Origin: Candidatus Latescibacterota bacterium
Lineage (GTDB): Bacteria > Latescibacterota > UBA2968 > UBA8231
Direction: 5' to 3'
DNA length: 64,000 nucleotides
Assembly: GCA_963422735.1 (NCBI GenBank)
Contig: OY730476.1
Location: forward strand, 800,001 to 864,000
Position 1 is the stretch's first letter; each line of letters begins with the position of its first letter. Shown one piece after another: positions 59,707 through 64,000 of the stretch. Under the pieces are notes generated by a model that worked only from the letters and a program-made list of their open reading frames with translations, was not told the DNA's origin and ran no database searches. Position numbers and translations under genes: made by a program.

Positions 59707-60330
59707 TCAGGATATGCGCTGGCGATATAGGCTCTCGTCTACCACGCTAGCCATTTGCCGCACATCTAAAGAAAGGGCGAGAAAGGTCTTGATCTCGTGG
59801 CTTGTGGCAAGCGGGTCGCGCAAAACAGCGGCGTAGTTGACATAGAGCACTTCCATCTGCTGGTGTTCCGCCAACCACTGCTGCATTGCGCTCAAGTGCC
59901 GACCGAAGGCGGCGGCCATTTCGGCGTCGGAAACTCGATCGCAGGGCTGTCCTCGCCGCGCTAACATCGCCCGCTGCGAAGCCAAAATCTCGTCCATTTT
60001 CCGGAGAGCGAATACGATTTTGTACCGCTTGTGGAGCGGCAATTGGTCGAGCAATTGGGATATGACCTTGACGGCTTTACCCCTCGCCGATTCAAGCCAT
60101 GCAGTGTCTTTTTCTAGCTTCTTGACCTTCTCGAATTCGTAATACCCTCCGGGATTGTCGGCGTCGGCCCCGCGGAGGCCGTCTGTTAGGGGTGGCAATC
60201 CGCCCGCAGCCAACATCTTCATCAGCATCGAGGTGCCAGACCGGGGGAGACCGGACACAATAGTTATATACTCGCCCGGCCTATGTGGAAGGGAAGCGGG
60301 ATGGGAATGCAAAGCGGAGAAAACCGACAC
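59707..60330 (-). CDS. Sulfotransferase family protein
   Basis: PAPS-binding SGLPRSGTS, NPGGYYE, R...EILASQ. Confidence 0.82.
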   Translation of the reverse strand: MSVFSALHSHPASLPHRPGEYITIVSGLPRSGTSMLMKMLAAGGLPPLTDGLRGADADNPGGYYEFEKVKKLEKDTAWLESARGKAVKVISQLLDQLPLHKRYKIVFALRKMDEILASQRAMLARRGQPCDRVSDAEMAAAFGRHLSAMQQWLAEHQQMEVLYVNYAAVLRDPLATSHEIKTFLALSLDVRQMASVVDESLYRQRIS

Positions 60331-60392
60331 ACGCTTCCAAAGCCTAGCTCCGGAAGCGTGTGTCGTATCCTATACTGCATGTATGGAATTAA

Positions 60393-63300
60393 TTAAAAGA
60401 CCAGACGTCCACGCAACAGGAGGCCGTGCTCAGCGATACCGGCCATGCGCTGCCAGCGTGTACTCTCAAGGCTCACTGACATCGACGAATCCACCTCAAA
60501 GCGCGTACCTAAGCGTAATTGCATTCGCTCAGGCGCTTGGGTCATTCCGCTGTACACAGTGTACACTCCCCGCCCGCCGGGCGCGGCTAGACCGTAGCCG
60601 ACCTCAGCTCTGAGCTGGCCTTGCGTGTTCACATTAGCCTGATCCGCCAACTCGGCTACGCTGCGCTCCCAAAGCGTCAGGCTGTTCGCCTGCGTACCGT
60701 AGGTCGGCATCAGCCGCAACGACAACCCCCGACCACCGGTGCCTGATGCACGCTGGATTAGCAGATGCGCCCCCCATTCTTTGTAGTCGCCGTCACCTGG
60801 GGGAGCAACCAGACTCCGCGCCATAGCTTCCAGCGTGAAGCCCCCCCCCTCAAAGCGCAGGCCACCGCCAACTTCTACGCCGGCCCCGGTCTGTCCGTCG
60901 CCACCATCTTGGCGCAGAGCGACCTCTAGCTGGGGTGTCATCTGCCCATCCATACCCACTTCATAAGCATGCGAGCCTTTGAGTGCCAGCCTCAAGCGGT
61001 TAGCACTCACCGTTTGATCGGCAATCCGGTCTCCAGCCTCGACTTCGACTTGTGCCACTGTAGCTGCACCCTTGAGACGCAACTGAGTCGGCCCGCTGTC
61101 GAGCAAGTCTCCGCTAGCCCCTACACTTGCAGTCCGCAGCGACGTATCGCTCGACTGCTGGCCTACGGTTCCCTGTTCGTCGTCAATCTCGAGGTCGCCG
61201 CGCCCTAAGCCCGCCGTCAACCATACCCCCAACCGCCCCGGCGAGAATCCGACGTAAGGATGTAGGCTCAACATTTGGGTCGTATAAGTACCGTCGACTC
61301 GCTCTTGGCCGAGCAACGGGGCGGTATAATCAAACGACCCTTGAGCCCACGACAGCGCCAAACCGGTTAGCATATCATCACCTGGCCGAGCGTCCAAACC
61401 AAGCTGAGCACGAGTCAGGTTGCCGTCCCAATCCAGCGAACCGTCGTCACTAGATAACTTGCCGTAGTCTCCCCGACCCCAAAATGCAGGACTCCCGGGA
61501 CAAACACTACATCCTCTACCGAAACCGAACGGCACCGCAAAGGACGAGCCACCTGCGACCTGTGCTAGACTGACCGGGCTATTCTCAAATATCCGGCCGG
61601 ATTGAATCATGTCGTAGAGGGTGGACTCAGCAGCAAAGCGAAAAGAACCACTCTCATTGCCGCCTCTGACCACCTGTTCAAGGCGATTCTCGATTGCGCG
61701 ATTCGTTCCATCGGCAATAGCCAACGCATACTTGGACAAGATCTGTGCGTTGAGCTCCTCAAAACGGTCCGTGGCCGATTCTTCCACTCGGACCTCGAAG
61801 CTGAGGATAGCCGCGTCGCTATCGTCCCTATTATCGTCTTCGTCGTGAGCCGTATACGTCAACGTATACGTTCCAACCTCCGTCGGCGTGCCCGAAAGCG
61901 TCAGAGCCACGGCATCGAAGCTCAGACCCGGCACCTCCGGAGCCAGGCTATACGTCAACTCGCCGAACTCGACGTTGCCGCCTGAAGCCTTTGGCAACGA
62001 CAAGTCTTCAATCGCCTCGCCTTCTATGTACGTCTGGTTAGCCACGGTCCCGTTAAAGCTGGGTGCGCCATCTATAGTTATGTAAAATCTCAACTCAGCC
62101 GAATCGCCATCGACATCCGCCACCCGGTAGCTCAGATGATACGTCCCAGTGTCAGTCGGCGTACCCGAAAGCGTCCGCGACGCGGCGTCGAAGCTCAGAC
62201 CCGGTACATTCGGAGACAAGCTATAGGTCAACTCGCCATTGCCGCCCGAAGCCACAGGCAATTCCCACGGATCCATCTCCTCATTTTGACGAAAGATTCG
62301 ATCCTCAAGGGTCGTGTCAAAGGCAGGTGTACCGTCGACTTTCAGGGAGAAGGTCACCTCCGCCGAATCGCCATCGCTATCCTCCGCCTGGTAGGTCAAC
62401 TCATACGTATCGGCTGTGGTTGGCGTACCCGAAAGCGTCCGAGTCTCGGCATCAAATACCAAACCCGGCACCTCCGGCGACAGGCTATACGTCAGCTCAC
62501 CGTTGCCGCCCAAAGTCGCAGGCAACTCCAACGGGGCCATCTCCTCCCCTTCAGCAACGGTCTGATTCGTAATAGTTCCCGCGAAGCTGGGCATACCATT
62601 CACCGCAATCGCGAAGCTCAACTCAGCCGAATCGCCATCGGCATCCGCCACTCGATACGTCAACGCATACCCCTCGGCAGCATACAAGTCATGAAGCGGC
62701 GGCGTACCCGAAATCGTCTGAGACGCGGGATCAAACGCCAGACCCGGAGGCAACCCCCCGACCAAGCTATACGTCAACCCCACATTCCCACCTGTCGCCA
62801 CCGGCAAAGCTAAGCTCACCTCATCGCCCGCCGCGTACATCTGGTCTTCTACAACCTGATCGCCGAAACTGGGCATGCCAGCCACCGCAATCGCGAAGCT
62901 CAACTCAGCCGAATCGCCATCCACATCCGCCACTCGATATGTCAACGCATATCCTTCGGCATACAACACATCCGCCGACAGATCTCCCGAAATCGTCCGA
63001 GATGAAGAATCAAACGTCAGACCCGGAGGCAACCCCCCGACCAAGCTATACGTCAACCCCACATTCCCACCTGTCGCCACCGGCAAAGCTAAGCTCACCT
63101 CATCGCCCGCCGCGTACATCTGGTCTTCTACAACCTGATCGCCGAAACTGGGCATGCCAGCCACCGCAATCGCGAAGCTCAACTCAGCCGAATCGCCATC
63201 CACATCCGCCACTCGATATGTCAACGCATATCCTTCGGCATACAACACATCCGCCGACAGATCTCCCGAAATCGTCCGAGATGAAGAATCAAACGTCAGA

Positions 63301-63998
63301 CCCGGAGGCAACCCCCCGACCAAGCTATACGTCAACGCCCCGTTACCTCCCGAAGCCGAGGGCAACACCCAATCTTCTATCGACGCCCCCCCAGAAAAAG
63401 TGACTTGATTCGCCACGGTTCCCGCGAAGCTGGGCATACCATTCACCGCAATCGCGAAGCTCAACTCAGCCGAATCGCCATCGGCATCCGCCACTCGATA
63501 CGTCAACGCATACCCCTCGGCAGCATACAAGTCATGAAGCGACGGCGTACCCGAAATCGTCTGAGACGCGGGATCAAACGCCAGACCCGGAGGCAACCCC
63601 CCGACCAAGCTATACGTCAACCCCACATTCCCACCTGTCGCCACCGGCAAAGCTAAGCTCACCTCATCGCCCGCCGCGTACATCTGGTCTTCTACAACCT
63701 GATCGCCGAAACTGGGCATGCCAGCCACCGCAATCGCGAAGCTCAACTCAGCCGAATCGCCATCCACATCCGCCACTCGATATGTCAACGCATATCCTTC
63801 GGCATACAACACATCCGCCGACAGATCTCCCGAAATCGTCCGAGATGAAGAATCAAACGTCAGACCCGGAGGCAACCCCCCGACCAAGCTATACGTCAAC
63901 CCCACATTCCCACCTGTCGCCACCGGCAAAGCTAAGCTCACCTCATCGCCCGCCGCGTACATCTGGTCTTCTACAACCTGATCGCCGAAACTGGGCAT
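60393..63998 (-). CDS. Autotransporter adhesin with tandem putative-Ig (He_PIG-like) domains; start lies beyond the window
   Basis: At least 8 Ig-like repeats (GG.G.LTYSL..PGL.FD...T.SG.P), C-terminal beta barrel (WGRGD, LRQDGGDGQTGAGVEVGGG) ending in Phe. Confidence 0.88.
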   Translation of the reverse strand: MPSFGDQVVEDQMYAAGDEVSLALPVATGGNVGLTYSLVGGLPPGLTFDSSSRTISGDLSADVLYAEGYALTYRVADVDGDSAELSFAIAVAGMPSFGDQVVEDQMYAAGDEVSLALPVATGGNVGLTYSLVGGLPPGLAFDPASQTISGTPSLHDLYAAEGYALTYRVADADGDSAELSFAIAVNGMPSFAGTVANQVTFSGGASIEDWVLPSASGGNGALTYSLVGGLPPGLTFDSSSRTISGDLSADVLYAEGYALTYRVADVDGDSAELSFAIAVAGMPSFGDQVVEDQMYAAGDEVSLALPVATGGNVGLTYSLVGGLPPGLTFDSSSRTISGDLSADVLYAEGYALTYRVADVDGDSAELSFAIAVAGMPSFGDQVVEDQMYAAGDEVSLALPVATGGNVGLTYSLVGGLPPGLAFDPASQTISGTPPLHDLYAAEGYALTYRVADADGDSAELSFAIAVNGMPSFAGTITNQTVAEGEEMAPLELPATLGGNGELTYSLSPEVPGLVFDAETRTLSGTPTTADTYELTYQAEDSDGDSAEVTFSLKVDGTPAFDTTLEDRIFRQNEEMDPWELPVASGGNGELTYSLSPNVPGLSFDAASRTLSGTPTDTGTYHLSYRVADVDGDSAELRFYITIDGAPSFNGTVANQTYIEGEAIEDLSLPKASGGNVEFGELTYSLAPEVPGLSFDAVALTLSGTPTEVGTYTLTYTAHDEDDNRDDSDAAILSFEVRVEESATDRFEELNAQILSKYALAIADGTNRAIENRLEQVVRGGNESGSFRFAAESTLYDMIQSGRIFENSPVSLAQVAGGSSFAVPFGFGRGCSVCPGSPAFWGRGDYGKLSSDDGSLDWDGNLTRAQLGLDARPGDDMLTGLALSWAQGSFDYTAPLLGQERVDGTYTTQMLSLHPYVGFSPGRLGVWLTAGLGRGDLEIDDEQGTVGQQSSDTSLRTASVGASGDLLDSGPTQLRLKGAATVAQVEVEAGDRIADQTVSANRLRLALKGSHAYEVGMDGQMTPQLEVALRQDGGDGQTGAGVEVGGGLRFEGGGFTLEAMARSLVAPPGDGDYKEWGAHLLIQRASGTGGRGLSLRLMPTYGTQANSLTLWERSVAELADQANVNTQGQLRAEVGYGLAAPGGRGVYTVYSGMTQAPERMQLRLGTRFEVDSSMSVSLESTRWQRMAGIAEHGLLLRGRLVF

Positions 63999-64000
63999 GC
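62595..64000. repeat. Near-identical intragenic tandem repeats of 279-282 bp with an 843-bp higher-order period
   Basis: Five units visible in DNA; identical shadow ORFs at 62875 and 63718 are offset by 843 nt. Confidence 0.93.

Overview
GC-rich bacterial chromosomal segment; the gene repertoire (phytanoyl-CoA dioxygenases, enolase-superfamily dehydratases, Gfo/Idh/MocA proteins, CRTAC1/ASPIC-UnbV protein, FlgD-Ig-tailed protein, Ig-repeat autotransporter) suggests by inference a Latescibacterota/Gemmatimonadota-like organism, possibly host-associated. 1-11.2 kb: alternative complex III (actB-actG) plus SCO and an A2-type caa3 cytochrome c oxidase operon. The rest holds housekeeping and catabolic genes (argG, mdh, sigma-70 factor, hemW, lepA, tRNA-Lys, tRNA-Tyr), interspersed with accessory DNA. 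Main observations: (1) a 10.8-kb three-gene putative anti-phage module (NERD + pseudokinase + kinase + P-loop ATPase / hypothetical protein / PD-(D/E)xK nuclease + HerA-FtsK ATPase; MADS mad6-8 or DptFGH-like) with no modification genes beside it; (2) this module and an unrelated RelE toxin-antitoxin pair are each bracketed by diverged duplicates of the 3' end of the upstream host gene, with the last cargo stop codon abutting the displaced copy and no integrase present; (3) several accessory genes have decayed by internal deletions that keep both gene ends; (4) an autotransporter whose Ig repeats are head/tail mosaics.
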